A DNA stretch of 64,000 bases from Takakia lepidozioides (lineage: Eukaryota > Plantae > Bryophyta), in contig CM060731.1 of NCBI GenBank assembly GCA_030704615.1, forward strand, positions 83,638,001 through 83,702,000. The letters are read 5' to 3'. A program made the translations under genes and the position numbers. Under the pieces are notes generated by a model. The model saw only the letters and a list, made by a program, of their open reading frames with translations, did not search any database and was not told the DNA's origin. Shown here piece by piece: positions 38,901 through 49,636 of this stretch (positions are counted from its first letter, which is position 1; the number at the start of each line of letters is the position of its first letter).

Positions 38901-41900
38901 AAGGATCTTTCTTCGTACAAGCATTCAGCTTCTTATAGTTCACACATACTCTTAGTTTGCCATTCTTCTTGGGAACTATAACAATGGGTGACAACCAAGT
39001 TGTATACTCTATTGGGTATATAAACTTAGCCTCAGCCAACTTCTTTATCTCTTCTCCAACCTTCTGTGCGTAGTTGGGATTCATTCTATACCTCGCCTGC
39101 TTGATTGGTACTGACCCTGGTTCCAGTTCAATCTTATGCTGACAGACTTCAGGTGGTATCCCTTTTAGATCCTCATAGCTCCAAGCAAATACATCTCTGT
39201 ATTTGATGAACAAGCTTTTAGCTTCTTCGAAGAATTCCGGCTCCAAATCAGCTCCTACTTTCACCATCCTCGGTTCCTCCTGAGTTCCCACATTTACTTC
39301 TCTCACCTGCTCATCAGCTGTGATTGTCCAACCAGTCACCACTTCATCCTGTAAGCTCACAGTGGCTGGTTCTTCTAGGATTTCTATTTCTCCTTCTCTT
39401 TCTTCATAGAAATGTGATGGGTAAATGCTGGTTTCCTCTTCAGTTGGTGTTGCTGTCACTACACCACAGCAGATACCTCTCAAACAACTTAGGCTTTCCA
39501 GCCGCATCTCTGCAACCTGCTCCCACTCTGGGTGTGCAGCAAATAGGGTAGCTTCCTGCTCCTCATCCAGTCCTCCTCTCCAGTCATACTCTCTGACTCC
39601 TCGAGGTCTTCTTGTAGCAGGTAATCTACTAGATTTCTTTGTGGTAATTTGTATCTCGTGTATCCCATTATGCACGGTTAGTAACTGAGAATTCCAGTCA
39701 TGGAATACCCTGGCCTGTTTCAGCCACGGACGTCCCAATAATAAGGAGTAAGCCTCCATGACTTCATCCATTTTTAATACAGTTACTGTGATCATAAAGA
39801 TCATTTTCTGTATCTGTATCTTAACTCCTCTTATTAATCCCAATGGCTGTACACTTCTTTGATCTGCCATTGTTACTGTAAATGGGGCTGGTTTCATGTT
39901 ACTTAGACCAAGCTTCTTCCTTAATTGGTCTGTCATGATATTTACTCCAGAACCACCATCTATCAGTACATCAGTTAGTTCTGTGCTTCCAATTCTCAAT
40001 TGGATTACTGGCATAGAATCATCAAAGTCCATGACTGGTTCTCGCCCTTCCGGCTTCACATTATAACTGGTCACCTTGCTGTTCAGGTCTGTGTTTCCTG
40101 TCTCTTGGGCAATTCGATTGATTGCTTGATACAGCCTGTGCCTACAATAAGGTGCCACAGCTAATAGCTGTCCAATGGTAATTTCTGCTTTGGTCTGACA
40201 TATTACTGCAGCCAAAGTCTCTTCATTACTTTGCATGTCTGCATCTTCTTTTTTCCTTTCTTCCTCACTCCCTTCTTTTTCTCCATCCGAATCAGAGGAA
40301 TCTGCCACAGGAATATCAGTACTCTTTTGCATTTCCCTTATAGTATCTGCCACTTCCTTGTGCAGTTCCTTCTCATCTTTCCAAGTCTCTTCATCTTCAG
40401 GCATATCATTGCCACTTCCAGTCTCATCTTCTTCCTCTTCTACTGGAGGTATTAGTTTGGCTTTACTTCTTGTTACTATCATTGTACTTACTTCTGGTAC
40501 AACACATGGCCTAACCATGTGAGCTGCCACCACTGGGCCCTCATTCACAGGAGCTCTCATCTCATTCTGGTGTCTTATCCAGAATGAACAGGCTGCCTTG
40601 CGATGTCCTGGCTGATTACAATAGTAACATAGCTCTTCACCATTGGGTCCTCGCCCTTGGTCTGTTCTTGGATTATTTCTATAATCCTGATTCCCGGGCT
40701 GGTAATTCCCCCTTGGATTACCCTGATAGTTGCCTCTGGAATTTCCTTGGTAATTCCCTCTTGAATTACCTCTCCCTTCCATGCCATTGTTATAACCACC
40801 AGACCTACCATAGTGGTCCTGATCATTGTTTTTCTTGGCTGGGGCTGCACCTGATGCACCCTTACTTGCCTAGGTTCTCTTGCAGCTGTCCTTCTGTTGT
40901 AGTAACAATTCTCAGTAGAATGGTTATCCATTTTACAGATAGTACAGTGTTTCTCCTTCATGTGGCATTCTGTGGTGGTATGGCCTTCATTCTGGCACTT
41001 TGCACACCATACACCCTTCCTCCAATGTGTTGCAGCCTCTGTGGCATACTTCTTCAAGATTTCTTCCAATTTTTTTTCATAGTTATCCCTCTTCAACTTC
41101 TCCTTTCTCTTACTCTTTCTTTTTAGTTCTTGCTCTTCTTCTTCATCTGACTCATCCTCAGAGTCCTCATCTTCTTTTTTCTCTCTCCTGAGCATTCCCA
41201 ATTGCTCAATTCTGTTCGCAGTTTCAAATGCCTCCTCCACTGTATTATGGGGTAACATATCCACTTTCTTTTGCAACTCTGGTCTTAGTCCACTCACAAA
41301 CCAAGTCTTCTGTAAACCGGGTGCTGGTACTGCAGCCAGCTTTTTCATCATCAATTCCATCTTCTCCATATACTCTTCAACAGTTTCATGCTTCTTCTGC
41401 TTCAGCTGTTGTAAACTTCCATACACTTCATCCTCAGTTTTACTTGTCCTGAACCTATTTCGAAATGCTGTATTCAAGCCATTCCAGGTTAGGAAATGAT
41501 TATCAGGGAATCTTGCATACCATTCACTTGCTTTCTTGATAAGTGAACAAGGAAACAGTCTCATCTTGGCATCATCGCCATTCTCATTGTTCACTATACA
41601 CATGTGCTCAAATTGGCTAATGTGTACATCGGGATCCCCTTTTCCTGAATATATTGGAAAGGGTGGTTTTGCCCGTGTTGGTTGTAACGCCATCTGTGGC
41701 CCTACCTTCTGCCCACTGACAGGTGCTGGCACCCTTGCTGGTGCTGGTCCTTCTGGACCTGTTGTTTTTGTGGTGGATCTTCCACCAAGTGGTGGCCCTT
41801 GAGCACTCCTTGCTTCTGGCCCCACGATATTCACAGTATTCCCAGCTTCAGTTGCACTACTTCCCACACTCCCTGTCCCCCCAGAGCCAGATCCAGGCAG

Positions 41901-42524
41901 CCCGCCTGATCCCCCTGAGCCGACACCTTCGTTGGCCTGTGATCCAAGTGCTCCACTTGATCCAGGTCCAACGGGTTGGGATGTCCTGGTTGTAGTCTCA
42001 ACCTCAGCTGTTGGGTCTACTTCTTCATATTCTTCCTCTTCTAATTTCTTCTCTCTGTTTTCATCCTCCAAGTTCTGCCCTTGGGTTTCTTCTTCACTCA
42101 TGTAACTCAACTGTAATGGTGTTGGAGAGTCTGAACTCTCCGTTGGCTCTGCCACATCCTCTTCTCCTTCTTCATCTTCTGCTTCAGAAACTGGAGTTCC
42201 TGCTTTTGGTGTTCCATGCCAACTCTTATCAAAGATTTCTGTCAAGTCTTTTATCCAAGGATGTACCTCAGATCTTTCACCTCGTGATTGATCTTCTTCC
42301 TGTACCAATTCCCTTAATCTTTCTTGCAAAGAAACAGAAGGAGTGGCATCCAACTCTAGTTCTTCCGGTATAGGTGATGCACTCTTTGATCTTGATGGTG
42401 TGAGAGGTCCAGATGATTCCCCTATGTCTATTCCTCTCTCCCAAAGATATGGATAATTAGCTTTCAGATAGCTTTCTCTTTTTGCTGAATATCTCTGTCG
42501 TCTAGCTTCTCTTTCATCACTCAT
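35986..42524 (-). CDS. gag-pol polyprotein of Athila-like (non-chromovirus) Ty3/gypsy copy B, with one 1-bp frameshift near 40830
   Basis: Retrotrans_gag (YSGKGDPDVHI..LFPCSL..WY..TW..F); three CCHC knuckles; PR LIDGGSGVNI; RT WLSPIVIVPKK..DGFSGYNQV..FLDDF; RH HCDAS..YYASR..EREALA; INT HHCC + WGLDFVGP..SDQGSHF..GQAE; WKGPY. Confidence 0.95.
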
Positions 42525-42545
42525 GTCCCATGTCTTTCATTTCTT

Positions 42546-43239
42546 TTAATGTGGCAATAACCAAAACTCTCTTCTGTAATATCTCTCGTATATGCCTGGG
42601 TTTCTTTCAAGCTTCAATGCACCCTTGGCTATACTTGAAGTCTCCGTTACCATATAACCATATGGCAAACAAGTCTGAAAAGCTGTTCTTGGTGTGAGTT
42701 TGATCCACAAAATATCCTTTGGAATCCAATTCTTTACCAGTACAAGCTCTTCATGCATATGAGTATAAACATTCACCTTTCTTTCTTCCCAGCCTTCAAA
42801 CTCTACTCGTTTAATGGATAGCAATGCTATCACATAAACCAATGTTGGTAACCAACGTGCTCTTCCTCTACAGGCTACCTGATAAATCTTTATCACTCCT
42901 TTCTCCAGACCCCATTCTGGATCAGCATCATGCACTCGTTTAAGAATATTTTCTTTACAACCGTCTGGCAATTCCAAGAACCTTTGAAAGAATTGTTTGG
43001 ACAATCTTTCTTCCTTCGTTCCACAGGGAATTTGATTCACTTCAAATTCTTTAATGGTCCAACCACCATGATCCCACCAGATGCCTGTCACATCTGGGTT
43101 CATGTCCCAGGTCCCCAGTATGGTCGCCAAATGTCGCGCGGCTTTTACTCACCCATCCCTTCGCTATCCGAGGCGGAAACTCCAAGATAGAAGAGTTGGA
43201 AATCTCTAAGTACTCAGCCCGCGCAGAACAATCAGTCAT
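42546..43239 (-). CDS. Extra ORF upstream of gag, unknown function, overlapping U5/PBS
   Basis: The 194-aa ORF 43130-42546 is highly similar to 61422-60781 in copy C. Confidence 0.7.
43112..43129 (-). promoter_or_regulatory. Primer-binding site, tRNA-Arg-like (TGGCGACCATACTGGGGA)
   Basis: Starts TGG 2 nt after the LTR end ...GCGACA; identical at 61349-61366. The tRNA identity is from memory of plant tRNA-Arg 3' ends. Confidence 0.8.
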
Positions 43240-44164
43240 GACCTACAGCTAGTGTATCATGGGGGTGTTTCCTATTTGTTTCCCTTTCCGCATTCATCTT
43301 AGCTACCTTACCATTGATAATTAAGTATCAGTTTGCTTCATCAATCTATCGGTTTCCTTCACTCATCCATTCAATCCACAGCTTCACTCAGATCTCTCTA
43401 CACAGTGTGATTGTATCGTATAAGTATCAGATTATGATTTATCAGGTATCAGGCCGAAGCCATTGTGTCTCTAATCTGCTCTACAATATCACTACAGCTT
43501 TGCATATAACAAGCATCTACTAATCCTCTTTCCTCCTTCACCGTGCTCTCCATCTTTTGCTTTCCGATCTCCGCTCCAGCCTGACTAAGAAGTCCTCCTC
43601 CGAATAATGATCCTCATTCCCCGTTTCTCCCTTTATCTTCCTATCCGCGGTTCTAACCGTTTCCCTCACTAACCGTCGTCTGTGAACTAACATGTTCCCT
43701 TCGCAGGTGTTGTTCCCCACAGTCGTTCCCTGTCCTACTCTTCGTTCCCTATGATCGTGACAGCTGTGTCAAGCTGTGACTGGCTGTGTGAAACTGTGAC
43801 GGGCTGTGACTGGCTGTGCGAAACTGTGACGGCTGTGGCGGGCTGTGTTGGCTGTGTGGGCTGTGACGACTGTGACGGGCTGTGTTGGCTGTGTGGGCTG
43901 TGACGACTGTGACGGGCTGTGTTGGCTGTGTCTGCTGTGACGACTGTGACGGGCTGTGTTGGCTGTGTCGGCTGTGACGACTGTGACGGGCTGTGTTGGC
44001 TGTGTCTGCTGTGACGACTGTGACGGGCTGTGACGACTGTGTAACCCCCCTCTACAGTGCGCTGCTGTCACCCCTAAGGCTCCTGTTGGTCTCAGTCTGT
44101 GCAAAAATTAAGGGTACCCTACAGATCCCGTATAAGTGTCTAAGTCCCCTACAGTCCTCTAACA
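43132..44164 (-). repeat. 5' LTR of Athila-like copy B (~1033 bp) with an internal CACAGCC/GTCACAG minisatellite
   Basis: TG...CA termini, followed by the PBS, and matches 30875-31854. Confidence 0.95.
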
Positions 44165-44186
44165 TGCATCACCATTAGCCATTGCT

Positions 44187-45985
44187 ATGGCAGCAAGCAA
44201 ACGGTTCATGGCAGACAGCGCACAAGCTAATTGGAATGTTGTGCAGACTGTGTTTGGCTCTGGTGACCTGAAAATACCAATGCAAGGCCGGGAACGCACT
44301 TGCCTCTTTCATTGGACCCAGTCCCTTTGTCGGCACACAAAAAATTCCATAAAATTGGAGTTGCAAGAGGAGCACCTGCGACTATGCCGTCTATACAAAG
44401 ATGCCACCACAGAAAGGGAAGCAAATGCCATGTTTCAGACTATCAGAGCATGGTGGTACTCCTCTGAGGCGGCGAGTTTGGAGGGGATCAAAGAGCTAGA
44501 AGACTGGTTGGGCTTTTGGCACTTAAGATACAGACAGTGGGGTGTCTTCATGACCGCTGTAAGTTAGACTCATACTACCATGATTTTCAATTCTTCTTAT
44601 ATATATGGGGGTGTGCACCAGCGGCCTTGCTGTCCAGTCCAGTCCAGTCGAATGCTGCTCCACATAACAGTGGCATGTGTGTGGCATTTACCTGCAAAAT
44701 ATGTCACTGGAAGACATTGCGGATATGTCATCCTGCAATCTTGCGAAGACTGTTCATAGTATGTGGATGGCGCAATCCGGTAAGAACGGCCGAAACCTTT
44801 ACGTTGCAACTGCAGATGACCTTATCCGTGCTCTTTCGCAACAAACAAAGTACCGAGACTTTCTCAGGGGACGGGGTGCTGGTAAGGGGCCGGACAGGGC
44901 AGAGTTGCTGCTCAGGGCTGCTAACAGATGCAAGCATCCTGCAAAAATGGCACGGGCTATTAATGAGTACACGATTGGAACACCTTTGCAGTCCATGCTC
45001 CCACATCTGGGAGGTGAGGAGAGATTCGGTTCATGCAAGTGCAAACTGGACACCCCTCCAGGATTGGCTGGTGACTCCCATCGGCATGATAGAGACAATT
45101 TCTCCATACCTCGTGTGCCTGTGCCACCCAATTTCGGATGTACTTCTCCATCTGTGGATGAGGGGTCTTCTGCAGATCAATGAACATATGCGACAGCTCT
45201 GGCACGGGGGGAGAAGGAGGATGCTGCTGCCGGGTGAGGAGACCGATTGTGCTGTGATGCAATGTGGCACATAGAACGGACTCCGAAAGGATCAAAAGTT
45301 GGTTGTTATGCTATCAGGGCACTGTCTTTTGTGAAGTGCACAACTAGAATTTGCAGAGGCACTGGCGGGACTCCAGCACCGACATTCACAGGTGTTAAAT
45401 ATTACTCAGCGCGGAGTCTAGACCTCACAAGTTCTTGTTCTGCCCCGATGACATTCAGCGTGTGTGATGGGGACTTGTCGGGATCAGTCATCAGCAGCCT
45501 ACCAATCTGGCCAGTCAAGAGATAGACATGCTGGAGGATGCTGGGTTTTGACTTCCAAGAGGCCCAACAGTCCTAACACCAACATCATGTCGTGGTACGC
45601 CATCCGCATTCCGTACACGTCCACCACATGGGAATGACTGGCCAACGAAAAGGAATGGAAAACCGGTTCGTCGTGCTGAGGCAGGTGCAGATAACCAGTG
45701 CAAAATTGAGTCTGCGAGAACCCTGCAGTGTCGGGTTACCCAAATTGTTAATGTCCCCCCTCCAGGCTATGGGTGGGTGTACAGTATGGTGACTTTGGGA
45801 CCGGTTCTTCATGATAGGACTTATGACATTACTATTGGGAATTTTCCTAATTGCACATGCCCGGACTTCGACAACACGATAAACAGCTCCATTGGAAAGA
45901 GAGGTAAATTTGTCCCATGCAAACATCTTTACTACATCTACATTCATAGGATGTTTTGTGATCCTCAATGAGACACGTGCATTCA
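44187..45985 (+). pseudogene. Mutator-like (MULE) DDE transposase with C-terminal SWIM finger, 5'-truncated pseudogene
   Basis: FMADSAQANWNVVQTVF (second D), ERTCLFHWTQSL (CxxH), SSCNLAKTVH (catalytic E position, now K), and SWIM NCTCPDF..PCKHLYY. GTAAG intron donor near 44558. Stops and frameshifts present. Confidence 0.8.
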
Positions 45986-46104
45986 CCAATGCACAATGGG
46001 TCCCAGTGACATTCAAACACTTCTACAGAGAGATAGGGTAGTTGACATCTGACGTGTTTTGTGGGAGTTCTGGATGTGTCAATGACTCCACTTTGTTGAA
46101 TTAC

Positions 46105-47020
46105 TTTGATATGCTCCACTATCGCGAGTTCACCAATGTTTCTTAATTTGTCCACTATTGGAATTGAGACCAGTCACTCTTCATGGATCCACTTTGATCA
46201 AGTAAACCCAAACCTTTCCCCATTTTTGGGCTTTTATGTATTTATTTATTTTTATTTTTGTCTCTTATCGTATTTGGTGAAATTCCCATGTCTAAACAAG
46301 GCATGGGATTAAGATGTTGTTGACGACATCTTAATTCGTGCTTCCCTGAGCAGGATTACAGCTCCCCCCTATGGTTCTCTCCAGCCAATCTAATTTTATA
46401 TGCTCCACTATCGCGAGTTCACCAATGTTTTAATAGATCCACTAATGCAGTCAGTGTTCATGGATCCACTTTGTTCAAGTAAACCCAGTCCTTTCTCCAT
46501 TTTGGGGCTTACATATATATATATTGTGATTAATCCTGTTTGGTGAAATTCCCATTTTCAAAGAGGGCAGAGGATTAAGATGTCATCGTTGACGACATCT
46601 TAATTCGTCATTCCCTGAGGAGGGTTACAACTCCCCCCTATGGTTTTTTCCAGGCCAGATTTATTTTCTTGCAACGATTTTCATGGGTTCATTTCTCATG
46701 CTGAGCATGCGATTTAAGATGTCGTTGACGACACCTTAATGCTTGGTGCATGCGCTTGCTGATCCCTCACGAGACATTCATGGATCCACTTTGTTCAAGT
46801 CAAGCTTACATATATATAGGGCAGGGGATTAAGATGTCATTGATGACATCTTAATTCGTCATTCCCTGAGCAGGGTTTCAACTCCCCCTATGGTTTTTTC
46901 CAGGCCACATTTTTCTTCTTGCAACGATTTTCATGGGTTCATTTCTCATGCAGAGCATGCGATTTAAGATGTCGTTGACGACACCTTAATGCTTGGTGCA
47001 TGTGCTTGCTGATCCCACAG
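46105..47020. repeat. Duplicated blocks containing five TTAAGATGTCGT-TG-ACGACAYCTTAA palindromes
   Basis: Palindromes at 46309, 46575, 46714, 46829 and 46964 inside ~250-300 bp direct duplications. Confidence 0.85.
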
Positions 47021-47279
47021 GAGACATGCTCATACAATCCTCCACAGTCCCCTCATCTGGACAACTTCTCATCCGTGCTTCATCCAAAGTTCATCCATTA
47101 CACTTTTACGTCCATCCCAAATCCATTCATCCGTGAATGTATCATCGTGCATTCGTGCCACTTTGTCGTCATGGAGCCTGTCTGTCTTCGGTCCGATGGA
47201 GCGGAGACTGCGTCCTTGCAGTGAAGTTGGCGTCCACGGAAATAGGCCCACTTGTCCCCACGGTTTTGGGGTCCGCAAG

Positions 47280-47377
47280 TGAAATCTGCTCACGCTTTGA
47301 TTATGCTCACGCTTCGGGGAATCTGCTCATGAATCCAGGAATCTGCTCACAGGTTCTGCTCACGGCTTTGCTGCCCT
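47280..47377. repeat. Right terminus of the MULE-like insert with TGCTCAY repeats
   Basis: Five TGCTCAC/TGCTCAT motifs. The reverse complement AGGGCAGCAAAGCCGTGAGCA resembles AGGGGACTGCAAATCCATGAGCA at 61763. Confidence 0.65.
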
Positions 47378-49635
47378 CAGAAAGCATCAACTCATGTTGG
47401 TGTACGAGGGCGAGATGGAGTTGCAGAGGAAAATTCGGAAGGCCTATCGGAAGGATGAGTTCGCAAAGTTGGTATTGCGGGACTTGAGGCTGGGGGTTAA
47501 GTCGCAGTTCCACTTGCATAAAGGACTGCTCCGGTATAAGCAAAAGCACCTCTACGTGCCGAAGGGAGGGCTCAGAGATGGTCTCTTGAGAGAATGCCAT
47601 GATGGCCCGCTTGCGGGCCACGGCGGAGCCAAGCGCACCATGGCGCTCTTGAAAAAAGAGTATTTCTTGCCCAAACTAAGCGAGGAGGCCGAGGAGTATG
47701 TCAAGACATGCACCACATGCCAGCAAAACCGGAGCGAATACAAAAAGCAAGCGGGGCTGTTACAACCTTTGCCGATTCCAGAGGGGTCTTGGGAAAGTGT
47801 CTCGATGGATTTCATGACTGCTTTGTCGCTGTCAAAAGGATTCGATGCAATCATGGTGGTGGTAGATAGGTTCAGTAAAATGGGCCATTTCATCCACACC
47901 AAGGAGACGACAATGACGCAGGAGACGGAGCAACTTTACTTCGCCCACGTCTTCAAGCATCATGGACTCCCGAAGGATATTGTCTCGGACCGCGATCCAA
48001 AGTTTACAAGTAAATTTTGGAGGGCACTCTGGAAAAAGATGGGGACAAGGCTCAAGATGAGCACGGCCTTCCGACCTACAACGGACGGCCAAACGGAAAG
48101 AGTGAACGTCGTGGTGAAGCAAATCTTGCGGAATTATGTGTCGGCAGACCAGTCGGAATGTGGAGCACTTGGATGCGGCGGAATTCTGTTATAATAACAC
48201 AGAACACTCCGCAACGGGAGTTTCCCCTTTTGTATTGGTCTATGGAAAAGCACCTCTGGTGCCGACAAGTTGGGCCGCCCAAGACGGTGAGGAGCCGGCA
48301 GCAACAGCGGTGCTGGAAAAATGCGAGCGTTTGTTGGAGCTCGCAAAATGCAACATTGCCAAAGCTAGGAATACCGTATGAACGGCAGGCAAATCGGAAG
48401 TGGAGGGAAGTTAAGTTTGAGGCAGGCACGGAGGTCTTGTTGAACATCAAGAATTTTCAACTACCTCCGGAAATGAGTCCGAAGTTCGTACCTCCATATA
48501 CGGGGCCCTTTCGCATCCGGAAGGTTATGAATGAGGATGTGTATGAATTGGAGCTGCCGGCAAACAGCAAGGTGCATCCCGTATTCCACATTTCCTTTTT
48601 GAAGCCTTACTTCAAAGATGAAGCGCGTCTGAATCGGCATCAAGTGTTGCGTCCACCACCTATGCTGTTGGATTATGAAAATAAACCCGAGTACAAGGTG
48701 GAGGCAGTGCTTAAATCAAGGAGGTTCAAGAATCAAGAAACGGAGTATCTCGTGAAATGGAAGGGCTATCATCAAGTGGAGGCAACTTGGGTGCGTGCCT
48801 CAGAAATGGGAAACGCATCCGAGGTGGTTGCAGCTTTCAAAGGGTGACCTCAAAAGCGGAAGAAGCGTTGATGGGGACATCAACCTTGGATCGTGGGGGA
48901 GGAAATGCATGCTTAGTCCGGCTTAGCTAGCTCAAGAATCCGATTGCAAAAACTTGTGTTGTACAAATTTTGTTATAAATTAAATGGTTTCCAAATGTTG
49001 TGCTTCCTTTTGTTTGGAATGGTGATGCATGGTATGGTTGGCTAGTGTGTAGAATGCATGCTAGCTTACAAAAGTGGGAGAGGTAAATTGGATTAATTGT
49101 GTGTTTGCGCAGTGCCAAAATCGGGTGACTCCCATCCAAGGGGCAAAGAAACTTGCGCCTTCTTTGGGAGTTCACGTGCTAATGCGTACCTGGTGCGTGT
49201 GCATACTATAGCTGCGCTACCGAGGGGGTTGCCTTGTAGTGCGGGCTAACGCGGAAGCTACGTGCTTCCGTTCACATACTATAATCATGTAGCCTCGGGA
49301 CGAAGTCGTAGTGCGACTTCGGCGTGTTCCTGTACCTCAGGCCAGCATTCCAAGACGGACCCAATTGTAGTGATTGGGGCGCACAGTTAGTTCAAGGTTA
49401 TATTCCTAGTCAAAAAGGGTTCAAGGTGAACCCTTGCTCAAGGTGATACCAAAAAGCGACATCATGAGCGGTCTCAAGCAATGTTGTTGCAGTAAGGCGA
49501 TTTGATCCTCGGGGAGGATCGTTCCTTGGCCTTGAAGTAGGCCAAGAAGAGTGCATTGGGTGGAGCTTGAGAGGCTCCACCCTTGGCCGGGACTTGGAGG
49601 AAGTCGGCCGGACTAGCTAGTGGAGAGTAGAGTCA
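47378..49635 (+). mobile_element. Chromovirus 3' half: integrase, GPF motif, chromodomain, PPT and 3' LTR (from 48906; right end uncertain)
   Basis: ECHDGPLAGHGG..CTTCQ; WESVSMDF..VVDRFSK..SDRDPKF..TDGQTERVN; YTGPF..HPVFHIS; chromodomain EYKVEAVL..EYLVKWKGY..ATW; PPT GGGGGAGGAAA followed by TG. Confidence 0.92.
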
Positions 49636-49636
49636 A

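Larger units (their letters stand above)
23043..47377. mobile_element. Composite insert splitting the chromovirus: MULE-like element with DNA methyltransferase cargo, itself interrupted by Athila-like retroelements (about 25030-44164)
   Basis: Joining 23042 to 47378 restores gat gct ctg agc aga aag cat caa = DALSRKHQ in frame. The insert contains the methyltransferase (-), the MULE transposase (+), shared palindromes, GGATGAA motifs on the left with TTCATCC on the right, and TGCTCAC repeats at the right end. Confidence 0.7.

Noticed and set aside
40800-40850. Programmed gag-pol frameshift in copy B
   Set aside because: Copies A and C read TTTCTTCTTGG where B reads TTTTTCTTGG, so this is a private 1-bp deletion or sequencing error in a single gag-pol ORF.
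46309-46989. CRISPR-like array of palindromic repeats
   Set aside because: Spacers are about 90-240 bp and duplicated, there are no cas genes, and the context is eukaryotic.
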